From Planctomycetota bacterium (lineage in GTDB: Bacteria > Planctomycetota > UBA1135 > UBA2386), in contig JBKAGP010000001.1 in NCBI GenBank assembly GCA_046290465.1, positions 2,688,001 through 2,752,000 on the forward strand: a stretch of DNA of 64,000 nucleotides, given 5' to 3'. Shown here in pieces: positions 1-11,759 of the stretch. The position numbers were made by a program, and so were the translations under genes. Each line of letters opens with the position of its first letter. Position 1 is the stretch's first letter. The notes under the pieces are model-generated. The model did not search any database, had not been told where the DNA came from, and saw nothing but the letters and a program-made list of their open reading frames with translations.

Positions 1-77
1 CCGAGGGGTGCATCGTATACGACGAATCCGGCGGACCGCCGAGACCGCCCTGGATTTCCCGCCGACCGAGCAGCCGA

Positions 78-92
78 CGGCATCGCGATCGC
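78..92 (+). promoter_or_regulatory. possible sigma-54 (-24/-12) promoter upstream of di-heme operon
   Basis: CGGCATCGCGATCGC has GG-N10-GC spacing but deviates from TGGCAC-N5-TTGC; weak in GC-rich DNA. Confidence 0.25.
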
Positions 93-282
93 GGTGTGAC
101 GTCCCGCGATCACGGGAATACCCAGCACCGAAGTGAGACTCCCCCGCCGACCCGACGTCGCGCCGCTGCCATCGACGCGTTGCTCCGCTTCCTCGGCAGC
201 CCCCTCGTCCCGCCGTCCCAGAGAGGTATCATCCTCCGTGTCTCGTCGCCGGACCGGCTCCGCCACCGGCACACCTGCCATC

Positions 283-1563
283 ATGAAAACGCCCATCGTC
301 CTGCTGACGCTCGGGACCGTGCTGCTGCTTCCCGCCTGTGGAAACAACTCGCCGGCCGCCGACCTCACCCCGGCTCCGCAGCCGGACCCGGATCCCGATC
401 CGGATCCCCAACCGAGCATCGAACTCGGCGACCCGATGCCCGGCCTGACCGAGGCGGAGCTGGCCGCGTTCAACCGGGGCAAGCAGGTCTTTCTCAAGCG
501 CTTCAAGCCGAGCGAAGGGCTGGGCCCGATGTACAACGCGACGTCGTGCAACTCGTGCCATAGCTCGCCCGTCGCGGGCGGCGGCAGCGACCTCTACCGC
601 AACTTCTACGTCGCCTCGTACGGCCAATTCCCGTTCCTGCTGCCGCTGCCCGGACTGGTCAGCCCGGTCGTGCCGGCCTTCGGCGCGCCGAGCCAGATCA
701 CGTTCAGCCTCGAGGTCGGTCGCCTGGTGATCCCCGAGCAGTTCGGTCCGTTCGACGTGCAGACCGACCAGCGCAACGGCATCCCGTTCTTCGGCGTCGG
801 CATGTTCGAGTTCGTCAGCGACGCGACGATCCTGGCCAACGCGGATCCGGACGACCTCGACAGCGACGGCATCAGCGGCCGCGCCAACAACGACGCGGCC
901 GGCCTCGGTCGCTTCGGCACCAAGGCGCAGGCCAACAACCTCGAACTGTTCACCCGCGCGCCATTGTTCAACCAGATGGGCATCACGACCAACCCGTTCC
1001 AGGGTTCGGCGGGCACGGTGAGCCTCGGCCACGCGGCGATGCTGCAGGGCTCGGCGACGCCGAACGCCCCGACCGTCGACAACGACGGCGTCGCCGACCC
1101 GGAGATGAACGCGGACGACCTCGGCGACCTGATCGCGTTCTCGCGCTTCATGGGCGCGCCGGTGGCCAAGCCGTTCAACGAAGCGGCGGTGCGCGGCGAG
1201 GCGCTGTTCGGCAACATCGGCTGCGCCAAGTGCCACATTCCCGAGCTCGAGTCGACCCGCGGCCCGGTGCGCGCCTTCACCGACCTGCTGATCCACGACA
1301 TGGGTCCGGACCTCGCCGGTGAGGTCAGCTTCGGCACCCCGCAGATGGGCACCAACGACCTGCCGACGACCGAAGCCGAGTGGCGCACCGCGCCGCTGTG
1401 GGGCATCGCCTCGGCCGCCCCCTACCTGCACGACGGCCGCGCCTCGACGCTCGACGACGCCATCCTCTGGCACGGCGGCGAAGCCCAGTCCATCCGCGAC
1501 GCGTACCAGGCCCTGACGGCCCAGGAACGCGAAGACATCCTCGAGTTCCTGAGGCACCTGTAA
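283..1563 (+). CDS. di-heme oxidoreductase (DHOR-like) c-type cytochrome lipoprotein
   Basis: Lipoprotein signal MKTPIVLL...LPAC, Pro/Asp linker, two CxxCH (CNSCH, CAKCH), GRFGxKA, TAPLWG and YLHDGRA motifs. Confidence 0.85.
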   Translation: MKTPIVLLTLGTVLLLPACGNNSPAADLTPAPQPDPDPDPDPQPSIELGDPMPGLTEAELAAFNRGKQVFLKRFKPSEGLGPMYNATSCNSCHSSPVAGGGSDLYRNFYVASYGQFPFLLPLPGLVSPVVPAFGAPSQITFSLEVGRLVIPEQFGPFDVQTDQRNGIPFFGVGMFEFVSDATILANADPDDLDSDGISGRANNDAAGLGRFGTKAQANNLELFTRAPLFNQMGITTNPFQGSAGTVSLGHAAMLQGSATPNAPTVDNDGVADPEMNADDLGDLIAFSRFMGAPVAKPFNEAAVRGEALFGNIGCAKCHIPELESTRGPVRAFTDLLIHDMGPDLAGEVSFGTPQMGTNDLPTTEAEWRTAPLWGIASAAPYLHDGRASTLDDAILWHGGEAQSIRDAYQALTAQEREDILEFLRHL

Positions 1564-2666
1564 TGCAGCTCAACCACATGATCCTGGGCGGGCTCGCTTG
1601 CATCACCGCCATCACCGTCGGCGTCGCCACGACGTCGTTCGTCGACGAACAGTTCGAGCGCGGCCAGGCCCTGTTCGACCATCGCTTCACGATCGAGGAA
1701 GGTCTCGGCGGCCCCGGCCTCAACGCCGACAGCTGCCGCGCCTGCCACCGCGACCCCGAGATGGGCGGCGCCGGCCCGCTCGAGCTCAACGTCTCGCGCA
1801 TCGGCCGTGACGAGAACGGCGCCGGTCCGTTCAGCAACGTCTCGGGTGGCCAGCTGCTCAGCAAGCTGTTCCCGCCGACGACGCACGGCCGCGAGGAGTA
1901 CGAGACGTTCGGTGCAAACGCCCCGGACGTGTTCGAGCAGCGGCAGACGCCGTCGCTGTTCGGCAGCGGCATGATCGACCAGATCCCCGGCGCGGTGATC
2001 ACCGCCAACGAGGACGTCAACGACGCCAACGGCGACGGCATCTTCGGCATCGCGCGGCGCATCGAGGTCGCGGGCGTGATCGAGATCGGTCGCTTCGGCT
2101 GGAAGGGGCAGATCCCGCGCCTCGCGGACTTCGTCGACGACGCGATGTTCGGCGAACTCGGCATGACGACGCCCGACAACGGTCGCGGCTTCGCGTTCTT
2201 GGCCGACGACGACAGCGTCGCCGACCCCGAGATCTCGGCGGACGAGGTCGCCGACATCGCGCACTTCATGAGCGAACTGCCGGCGCCCGAGCGCGGCGGC
2301 TCGACCGACCCGCGCGTCGCGCAGGGGCTGAGCCTGTTCGCCCAGGTCGGCTGCGCCAAGTGCCATACGCCGAGCCTGCCGAGCCCGATGGGTCCGGTCC
2401 CGCTCTACTCGAACCTGCTGCTGCACAACGTCATGGCGCCGGGCTTCCGCGGCATGGCCGAGCCGGGCGCCGGCTCCGGCTTCTACCGCACGCCGCCGCT
2501 GTGGGGCATCAAGGACACCGCACCCTACATGCACGACGGCCGCGCCGAAGACCTCGACGCCGCGATCCGCGCGCACGACGGTGAGGCCAGCACCGTGCGC
2601 GGCAACTACGAGGCGCTGTCGGACGAAGAACGCGAAGCGCTGCTGCTGTTCCTCGAGGACCTGTAG
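1563..2666 (+). CDS. second di-heme oxidoreductase (DHOR-like) paralog
   Basis: ATG overlaps upstream TAA (TAATG); signal peptide; CRACH and CAKCH; GRFGWKG, TPPLWG, YMHDGRA. Confidence 0.85.
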   Translation: MQLNHMILGGLACITAITVGVATTSFVDEQFERGQALFDHRFTIEEGLGGPGLNADSCRACHRDPEMGGAGPLELNVSRIGRDENGAGPFSNVSGGQLLSKLFPPTTHGREEYETFGANAPDVFEQRQTPSLFGSGMIDQIPGAVITANEDVNDANGDGIFGIARRIEVAGVIEIGRFGWKGQIPRLADFVDDAMFGELGMTTPDNGRGFAFLADDDSVADPEISADEVADIAHFMSELPAPERGGSTDPRVAQGLSLFAQVGCAKCHTPSLPSPMGPVPLYSNLLLHNVMAPGFRGMAEPGAGSGFYRTPPLWGIKDTAPYMHDGRAEDLDAAIRAHDGEASTVRGNYEALSDEEREALLLFLEDL

Positions 2667-2671
2667 CGCGC

Positions 2672-3715
2672 GTGCTGCGCCCCCGCACCGTGGCGCTCGC
2701 GTCGCTGGCGCTGCTCGGCGCCTGCCAGCAGCAGCCGACGGTTACGCCGGTCGACGCCGCGGCCACGCACTTCGCCGTGCGCGGCCGCTGGCCGGCCGAG
2801 CCCCGCATCCGCTGGCGGGCCGAGAGCGGCCCGATGCCGGTCGACGAGGCGACCTTCCGGGACGCGGTCGCGCGCGCCTGCGCGACCTGGAACGCGACCG
2901 GCTGCGTGACGTTCGTCCCGGCCGCGGCCGGCGACGACGCCGACGTCACGCTCGGCTGGCGCCGCGGCCACCACGGCGCGTGCGAGCCGTTCGGCATCAG
3001 CACGACGGTGGCGCACTCCGGACCGGTGCGGCCCGGCACGTTCGTGCACTTCGACGCCGACCGCAGCTGGGTCGCCGACGCGGCCGACGACGACCGCGCC
3101 TACTCGCTCTACGGCACCGCCCTGCACGAACTCGGCCACGTGCTCGGCCTCGGCCACAGTGCCGCCGACGACGCGGTGATGAAGACCGGCGAGGTGCGCT
3201 CGCTGCCGCTGTCGCCGTCGGACCGCTTCGGCCTGCAGTCGCTGTACGGCGGCGGCGACGACGCGCCGGGCGACGTGCGCGTGCTGCGGGACGACGGCAC
3301 CGCGCTGGCGACGTTGCGCGGCGTCGCGCCGATCGACCGCTGCGGGCTGGCGTGCTTTGACATCGACGGCGACGGTCGCTGCGAGCTGGTGGTCTGGCGC
3401 ACCGACCGTGACGGCGACGGCGTGATCATGTCCTACCACTTCGACAGCGACGGGCTGACGCGCACGACCGGCCCCTACTTCGCGATGGCGTCGGCCGCCG
3501 ACGGCGCGAGCAACGGCGTCGTGACCGCCGGCGGCTACCGCCTGTTCGTCACCCGGTTCGGCAACGGCCGGGTCATCGCGCGCCGGTTCGACGAGCACGG
3601 CCTGCTGGTCCCCCACAGCGCCGACGGCCTCGACGGGCCTGGCGAGCAGCCGCGCAGCGGCGACGTCGACGGCGACGGTCGCGCCGAGACGATCGTGCCC
3701 GTCGTCGGCAGCTGA
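2672..3715 (+). CDS. matrixin-like (M10/metzincin) metalloprotease lipoprotein with DxDGDG repeats
   Basis: LLGAC lipobox; HELGHVLGLGH zinc motif followed by Met-turn (AVM); DIDGDG/DVDGDG motifs. Confidence 0.8.
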   Translation: MLRPRTVALASLALLGACQQQPTVTPVDAAATHFAVRGRWPAEPRIRWRAESGPMPVDEATFRDAVARACATWNATGCVTFVPAAAGDDADVTLGWRRGHHGACEPFGISTTVAHSGPVRPGTFVHFDADRSWVADAADDDRAYSLYGTALHELGHVLGLGHSAADDAVMKTGEVRSLPLSPSDRFGLQSLYGGGDDAPGDVRVLRDDGTALATLRGVAPIDRCGLACFDIDGDGRCELVVWRTDRDGDGVIMSYHFDSDGLTRTTGPYFAMASAADGASNGVVTAGGYRLFVTRFGNGRVIARRFDEHGLLVPHSADGLDGPGEQPRSGDVDGDGRAETIVPVVGS

Positions 3716-3759
3716 ACGGTCGCTGGCGCCCCGCCCGCTGCACGGCGACAATCGCCCGC

Positions 3760-4794
3760 GTGTCGGACTCCTCCAGCAGAACCCGTTCGCTCGTCCTGCT
3801 CGGCCTGATCGGCGGCATCGTCGGCCTCGCGCTGGTGCTGCAGCAGCTGCGCCAGGAGCCCGGCGAGCAGCCGCGCGAACTGCCGTACGGCCGGCCGGTC
3901 GACCGCACCGCGACGCTCGAGCTCGAGGCCGTGCGCGCACCGCAGGACCTCGGCGAACTGGCCATGCACCACTGCCGCATCCTGGTCGGGTTCGGCCCGC
4001 GCTACTTCGGCCAGCCCGGCTGGTCGAAGCAGCTCGACCACATCGTGCAGACGCTGACCAACCAGGGGCTCGACGTCGATCGCGACACCTGGACCGATCG
4101 CATCCATCGCATCACCTTCAGCAACGTCGTCGCGACGATCCCCGGCAGGCGCAAGGAGCGCATCGTGCTGGCGTGCCACCACGACACCAAGTGCACGACC
4201 GGCCATCCGATCCAGCAGCACAACTTCGACTTCGTCGGCGCCAACGACGGCGCCAGCGGGGTCTCCCTGCTGCTGGCGCTCGCGCCCGAACTGCAGAAGC
4301 GCGCCAACGAGGCGACCATCGACCTGGTGTTCTTCGACGGCGAGGAGAGCCTCGACTTCGACTGGAACGACGACAAGGCGCTATTCGGCAGCAAGCGGTT
4401 CGTGCAGCGCCATCTGGCGGCGCGCGAACGCGGCGACGAGGCGCCGATCGCCGCGATGATCCTCGTCGACATGGTCGGCCGGATCGACCTGCACATCCAG
4501 GAGGAGCTGTGGTCGACCGAACGGCTGCGCAGGATCTGCTGGTCGGCGGCGAAGGCGACCGGCCACGAGCAGCAGTTCTATCGGGTCTCCGAAGGCGCCA
4601 AGGACGACCACGTTCCGTTCCTGCTCGCCGGCATCCCGGCGATCGACCTGATCGACCTGAAGGGCAACCCCTACTGGCACACGCCGCACGACACGCTCGA
4701 ATACATGTCGGCGGCCAGCATCCAGAAGGTGGCCGACGTCGTGCTGACGATGCTGCCCGCGGTCGAACGCACCTACGTCACAGCGCGGGACTGA
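3760..4794 (+). CDS. M28 family peptidase / glutaminyl-cyclase-like, membrane anchored
   Basis: N-terminal TM; HHDTK, GANDGASG, FDGEE, DMVG, DDHVPF, YWHT motifs. Confidence 0.85.
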   Translation: MSDSSSRTRSLVLLGLIGGIVGLALVLQQLRQEPGEQPRELPYGRPVDRTATLELEAVRAPQDLGELAMHHCRILVGFGPRYFGQPGWSKQLDHIVQTLTNQGLDVDRDTWTDRIHRITFSNVVATIPGRRKERIVLACHHDTKCTTGHPIQQHNFDFVGANDGASGVSLLLALAPELQKRANEATIDLVFFDGEESLDFDWNDDKALFGSKRFVQRHLAARERGDEAPIAAMILVDMVGRIDLHIQEELWSTERLRRICWSAAKATGHEQQFYRVSEGAKDDHVPFLLAGIPAIDLIDLKGNPYWHTPHDTLEYMSAASIQKVADVVLTMLPAVERTYVTARD

Positions 4795-4809
4795 CGGACC
4801 AGACTGCGG

Positions 4810-4885
4810 CACCGCATACCGAACCGGGTTCATCCTGCGCCACCTGCCGCCAGGCGGCAGGATGAACCCGGTTCGGTACGCGGTG
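4810..4885. repeat. REP-like long palindrome, copy 1
   Basis: 29-bp arms 4810-4838 and 4857-4885 are inverted with one mismatch; lies between convergent genes; near-identical arms recur at 40229-40297. Confidence 0.85.
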
Positions 4886-4886
4886 G

Positions 4887-4925
4887 CAGTCAGTAGTTCT
4901 GGGCCAGTCAGTAGTTCTGGGCCAG
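4887..4925. repeat. 18-bp tandem duplication of ABC permease 3' end
   Basis: CAGTCAGTAGTTCTGGGC at 4887-4904 and 4905-4922. Confidence 0.9.
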
Positions 4926-6308
4926 GTTGTCGGCGACCTGGGTCATCGAGCCCTTCACCGCCGGGGCGAGGCCGGCGATCGCGCCGATGCCGGTGACGCC
5001 GAGCAGCAGCCACAGCTCCCAGACGCGGAACTGGGCCCAGTCGAGGAACACGCCGGTCATGTCCTCGACGACGCCCTGCAGGCCGAACGCCGCGGCGTGG
5101 CACAGCACCAGGCCGAGCAGCGCACCGAAGAACGACAGCAGCGCCGCTTCGCCGGTGATGATCGTCAGGATCTGGAAGCGCCGCGCGCCGAGCGAACGCA
5201 TGATCGCGATCTCGCGGCGGCGTTCGTTCATCGTGTTGTAGATCGCGACCGTGATCGACACCGCGGCAACCAGCAGCACCAGCCATGCGATCACCGCCAG
5301 CGCATCGGCCGCGTTGCCGATCTGGCGCAGGAACTTCGGCACGACGTCCTGCGGCCACGCGACCTGCGCCTCGGGGTGCGAGCCGAACTCGCGCCGCAAG
5401 AACTGCGGGCCCAAGTGGTCGAGCGGGTCGGCGATCACCGCGGTCAGGCCGATCCGGCCGACGCTGGTCGGCATCGTCTCGATCTGCGCCGGGCTCTTGC
5501 CCGCGACCTGCGGGTCGACGAACACACCCTGCTCGTGGCCGTCGATCAGCAGGTGGATGCCGAGCGGCAGGTAGATGGTCGAGTCGATCGGCGAATTGGT
5601 CGGCGCCAGGATGCCGACGATCTCGCACGCCGCCTCCGGATGCTCGTGGCTGCCGAACTCGCCGGCCTTGCCGTGCACCGGCGTCACCACGCTGCCGATC
5701 TCGAGCCGCAGCGTCCGCGCGACCCGCGCGCCGATCACGCACTTGCGCCACTCCTTCTGCAGCAGCGGCCGCTTCGGCAGCTGCTCCGCACCGACCTCGG
5801 CACGCAGCGCGTTCTCGTAGACGGTCAGCTGCTCGGCCATCTCGATCAGCTGTTCGTAGCTGAACGCGAACGGCCCGCCCTCGGCGAACCGCAGCGGCTC
5901 CCGCTTCCACTCGAACTTCGAGAACATCTCGTCGATGGTCGCGATGACGGGGAAGTTGAAGCTGCTGATGCTGTCGCCGCGCGCCTGCGGGATCGCGTAG
6001 CGCACCTGGCTGCGGCGGCCGATGCCGCGGCCGGCGCGCAGCTTCTGGCACACCTCGAACGGAATCAGCCCCGGCGCCTCGCCGACGTTGAAGATCGTGT
6101 TGAGCACCAGCTCGAGTTCGCTGGCGCCGTTGGCCCCGGCGATCGCCTGGTAACCGCCGATGCTGCCCTCGTAGCGCGCCTCGGTCTGCTCCGCCATCGT
6201 CAGGATCGCGGCATAGAGCGCGGTCGCGACGATGATCGACATCATCGTCAGGACGGTCGCGACGAGGCGGATGCGCAGGTTGCGCATGCTGATCGAAACG
6301 AGCTTCAC
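4908..6308 (-). CDS. ABC transporter permease (FtsX/MacB-like)
   Basis: GTG start overlapping ATPase stop, GGAGG RBS; N-terminal TM, large periplasmic domain, ERRREIAIMRSLGA motif, three C-terminal TMs. Confidence 0.9.
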   Translation of the reverse strand: MKLVSISMRNLRIRLVATVLTMMSIIVATALYAAILTMAEQTEARYEGSIGGYQAIAGANGASELELVLNTIFNVGEAPGLIPFEVCQKLRAGRGIGRRSQVRYAIPQARGDSISSFNFPVIATIDEMFSKFEWKREPLRFAEGGPFAFSYEQLIEMAEQLTVYENALRAEVGAEQLPKRPLLQKEWRKCVIGARVARTLRLEIGSVVTPVHGKAGEFGSHEHPEAACEIVGILAPTNSPIDSTIYLPLGIHLLIDGHEQGVFVDPQVAGKSPAQIETMPTSVGRIGLTAVIADPLDHLGPQFLRREFGSHPEAQVAWPQDVVPKFLRQIGNAADALAVIAWLVLLVAAVSITVAIYNTMNERRREIAIMRSLGARRFQILTIITGEAALLSFFGALLGLVLCHAAAFGLQGVVEDMTGVFLDWAQFRVWELWLLLGVTGIGAIAGLAPAVKGSMTQVADNLAQNY

Positions 6309-6979
6309 TGCGCCACCTCCGCGCTGCGCAGCGTCGCCAGGTCGACCGTTCGCTGCATGCGTTGGGCCGACTCCGGATCGTGCGTCACCATCACGACGGT
6401 CTTGCCGTCGTCCGAGGCGATCTGCAGCATCAGGTCGAGCACCTGGCCACCGGTCGCCTTGTCCTGGTTGCCGAGCGGCTCGTCCATCAGCACCAGCGCC
6501 GGGTCGTTGATCAACGCGCGGCAGATCGCGACGCGCTGCACCTGGCCGACCGACAGCTCCGACGGACGGTGGTGCAGACGGTCCGCGAGCCCGACCTTCT
6601 GCAGCAGCGCCTCGGCGCGCAGCCGCGCATCGCCGCCGGCGCCGCGGCCGAACAGCGCCCCCATCAGCACGTTCTCGAGCGCCGAGAACGGCTGCAGCAG
6701 GTTGAACGTCTGGTAGACCATGCCGATGTGGTGGCCGCGATGGCGATCGCGCGCCGCCTCGCCGAGCTTGTCGAGGCGCTTGCCGACGACGTCGACCTCG
6801 CCGCGATCGGGCCGCAGGATGCCGGCCAGGATGTGCAGCAGCGTGGTCTTGCCGGTGCCGGAGCGCCCGATCAGCGCAACCTGCTCCCCGGCTTCGATAT
6901 CGAGGCGATCGACCGCGCATGCGAGCACGGCCTGCTCCCCTCGGGAGTAGCTCTTCTGGACGTCGCGGAGGTGGATCAT
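6305..6979 (-). CDS. ABC transporter ATP-binding protein (LolD-like)
   Basis: Walker A GRSGTGKT, LSVGQVQR signature, LMDEP Walker B, VTHD. Confidence 0.95.
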   Translation of the reverse strand: MIHLRDVQKSYSRGEQAVLACAVDRLDIEAGEQVALIGRSGTGKTTLLHILAGILRPDRGEVDVVGKRLDKLGEAARDRHRGHHIGMVYQTFNLLQPFSALENVLMGALFGRGAGGDARLRAEALLQKVGLADRLHHRPSELSVGQVQRVAICRALINDPALVLMDEPLGNQDKATGGQVLDLMLQIASDDGKTVVMVTHDPESAQRMQRTVDLATLRSAEVAQ

Positions 6980-7022
6980 GAGGGGTCGGGCGGCGCAGGA
7001 TACGCACCGTCGGCCCTCGCGG

Positions 7023-8168
7023 TCAGTTTTTCCAGAAAGCCGCGACCCAATCGAGTTCGCGCCGGATCCGCTGGTGCAGCGGCGCATCGCCGAACGTGTC
7101 CCCGAGCACCGACCAGGTGTAGGTCTCGACCTCGAGCAGCGGCACCGGAGCCGAGTCGGCCGCCAACGCCTCGAGCACGCGCCGCACCTGCTGCTGCGTC
7201 GAGCCGAACGGTCCGTCCTGGTCCCAGTCGAGCGGCACGTGGTAGTGCGTGCGCACGCGGCCGGCGCGTTCGAACTCGGCGCGTCGCGCGCGCACGCCGT
7301 CGAGGTCGAGCGAACGAAGGCCGTTCGCCGCCATCGTCTGGTGCAGGTAGCGCGGCTCCTCGAACGCCAGCAGCGGCTCGATGCCGTTGGCATGGCGCAC
7401 CTCGAGGCACGACGACACCTGGATCTTGGGCACCTCGATGCCGCGCCGCCGCAGCTCGGCGAGCGCAGCCAGCGGATCCTCGTCGAGCACCGCCAGGTGG
7501 CACAGGTCGACGCAGACGCCGAGATGGCGGCGCAGGTGCTCGGCCGGCACCGTCGTCCACGCCCCCTCTTCGAACAGCCAGCGGTCGAGGAAGTCGGCGG
7601 CCTGCGCGACCGTCTCGAGCAGGCAGTTCGGCTCCGGCTCGAGCGCCAGCACGCAGCGCACGCCGGTGTCCGCCTCGATCGCCGCCAGCATGCTGGCAGC
7701 GCGCGCCAGGTTGCGCGCCATCCGCCGCACGTCGGCCGGTGCCTCGCCGTCGCCGCGGTAGCCGAGCGGCAGCGTCGACATCGGCAGCACGTCCCCGCGC
7801 CCCAGCAGCTGCGCGCCGACCTCGGCGCAGCGACGCGTGTAGAGCAGCCGCTCCTCGTCGCCCCAGTCCGGCGCGTAGACCGCGGTCTTGACGACCTCCT
7901 GGTGGAAGTCGCCGAACGGGAACACGTTCAACGTCCACAGCGGCGCCCCGGCGTCGTCCATCGCACCGCGCAGCCGTGCTCGCGCGGCGGCGTCGGCGTG
8001 CAGCACCTCGACCAGCTGCATCGGCCACCAGCCGCCGAGCCCGAACGCGCGGCCCTCGGTGCGTGCGGCGGCTGCGACCGGCGCGACGTGGTCGCGCAGC
8101 GTCGCCAGCTGCTGGTCGAGGTCGGGCGCCGGATGCACGTTGGTGCAGTAGGTGATGCGGGGAGCCAC
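7023..8168 (-). CDS. eboE: metabolite traffic protein EboE (TIM barrel)
   Basis: YCTNVHP N-terminus, TLNVFPFGDFH, VKxxVYxPDW, LEPEP, DLCH, KIQVSS, EPRYLHQ, HYHVP, EVETYTW. Confidence 0.85.
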   Translation of the reverse strand: MAPRITYCTNVHPAPDLDQQLATLRDHVAPVAAAARTEGRAFGLGGWWPMQLVEVLHADAAARARLRGAMDDAGAPLWTLNVFPFGDFHQEVVKTAVYAPDWGDEERLLYTRRCAEVGAQLLGRGDVLPMSTLPLGYRGDGEAPADVRRMARNLARAASMLAAIEADTGVRCVLALEPEPNCLLETVAQAADFLDRWLFEEGAWTTVPAEHLRRHLGVCVDLCHLAVLDEDPLAALAELRRRGIEVPKIQVSSCLEVRHANGIEPLLAFEEPRYLHQTMAANGLRSLDLDGVRARRAEFERAGRVRTHYHVPLDWDQDGPFGSTQQQVRRVLEALAADSAPVPLLEVETYTWSVLGDTFGDAPLHQRIRRELDWVAAFWKN

Positions 8169-8231
8169 GGTGCTGCGATCATCGCGCGCCGTCGTCGGGG
8201 CGCAAGCCAACCGCTCGCGCCAGGCGGCCGA

Positions 8232-11027
<2,796 letters not shown>

Positions 11028-11083
11028 GGCCGCTCCTCGCGTCGCCTCGCGATGGTAGCATTGCCGGCGCTTCGTCCGCACCG

Positions 11084-11668
11084 ATGCGTTCCAGTCACGA
11101 TCTCGGCCTCGAGGCGTCGCGCGGCGACCGCGGCGCCGTCGAGGAGCTGCTCGTCCGCCACCTGCCGGGCCTGCGCAGCTACGTGCGACTCAAGGCCGGC
11201 CGGCTGGTCCGGGCGCGCGAGAACGAGTCCGACGTGGTGCAGTCGGTGTGCCGCGAGGTGCTGCAGGAAGCGGCGGCGTTCCGCTACGGCGGCGAGGCCG
11301 GCTTCCGGCACTGGCTGTACGCGACCGCGATGCGCAAGATCCTCGACAAGCACAAGCGTCACACCGCCGGCCGGCGCGACGTGCGACGCGAGGCGGCGTC
11401 GCCTTCGGAATCGGGGGATGGTGCGGCCCTGGCCGACCTGCGGTTCGCGTCGCCGTCGGGAGCCGCGATCGGCGCCGAACAGTTCGAACGGCTGGCCGCG
11501 GCGTTCGACGAACTGCCCGAGGACTACGCCGAGGTGATCCTGCTGTCGCGCGTCGTCGGCCTGCCCCGCAAGGACGTCGCGGCGGCGATGGCGCGGACCG
11601 AGGCCTCGGTGCGCAACCTGCTGCACCGAGGCCTCGCCGAACTGGCGCGCAGGTACGACGGCGGCTAG
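11084..11668 (+). CDS. ECF sigma-70 factor (kinase-associated type)
   Basis: Region 2 (SDVVQSV, FRHWL) and region 4 (LPEDYAEVILL...VRNLLHRG); SPS motif typical of planctomycete ECFs. Confidence 0.88.
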   Translation: MRSSHDLGLEASRGDRGAVEELLVRHLPGLRSYVRLKAGRLVRARENESDVVQSVCREVLQEAAAFRYGGEAGFRHWLYATAMRKILDKHKRHTAGRRDVRREAASPSESGDGAALADLRFASPSGAAIGAEQFERLAAAFDELPEDYAEVILLSRVVGLPRKDVAAAMARTEASVRNLLHRGLAELARRYDGG

Positions 11669-11759
11669 CTCGAAATCGATCCGGTGGTCGGCGCACGGGT
11701 GCATGCCCGGTCGATCGAGCGCGGGCCGTCGCCGTCTCGCGGCTCGTCACGGATTTCGA

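Noticed and set aside
379..414. 6-bp CCGGAT-type repeats as a phase-variation tract
   Set aside because: In-frame Pro-Asp linker after the lipobox with synonymous variation; an ordinary tether.
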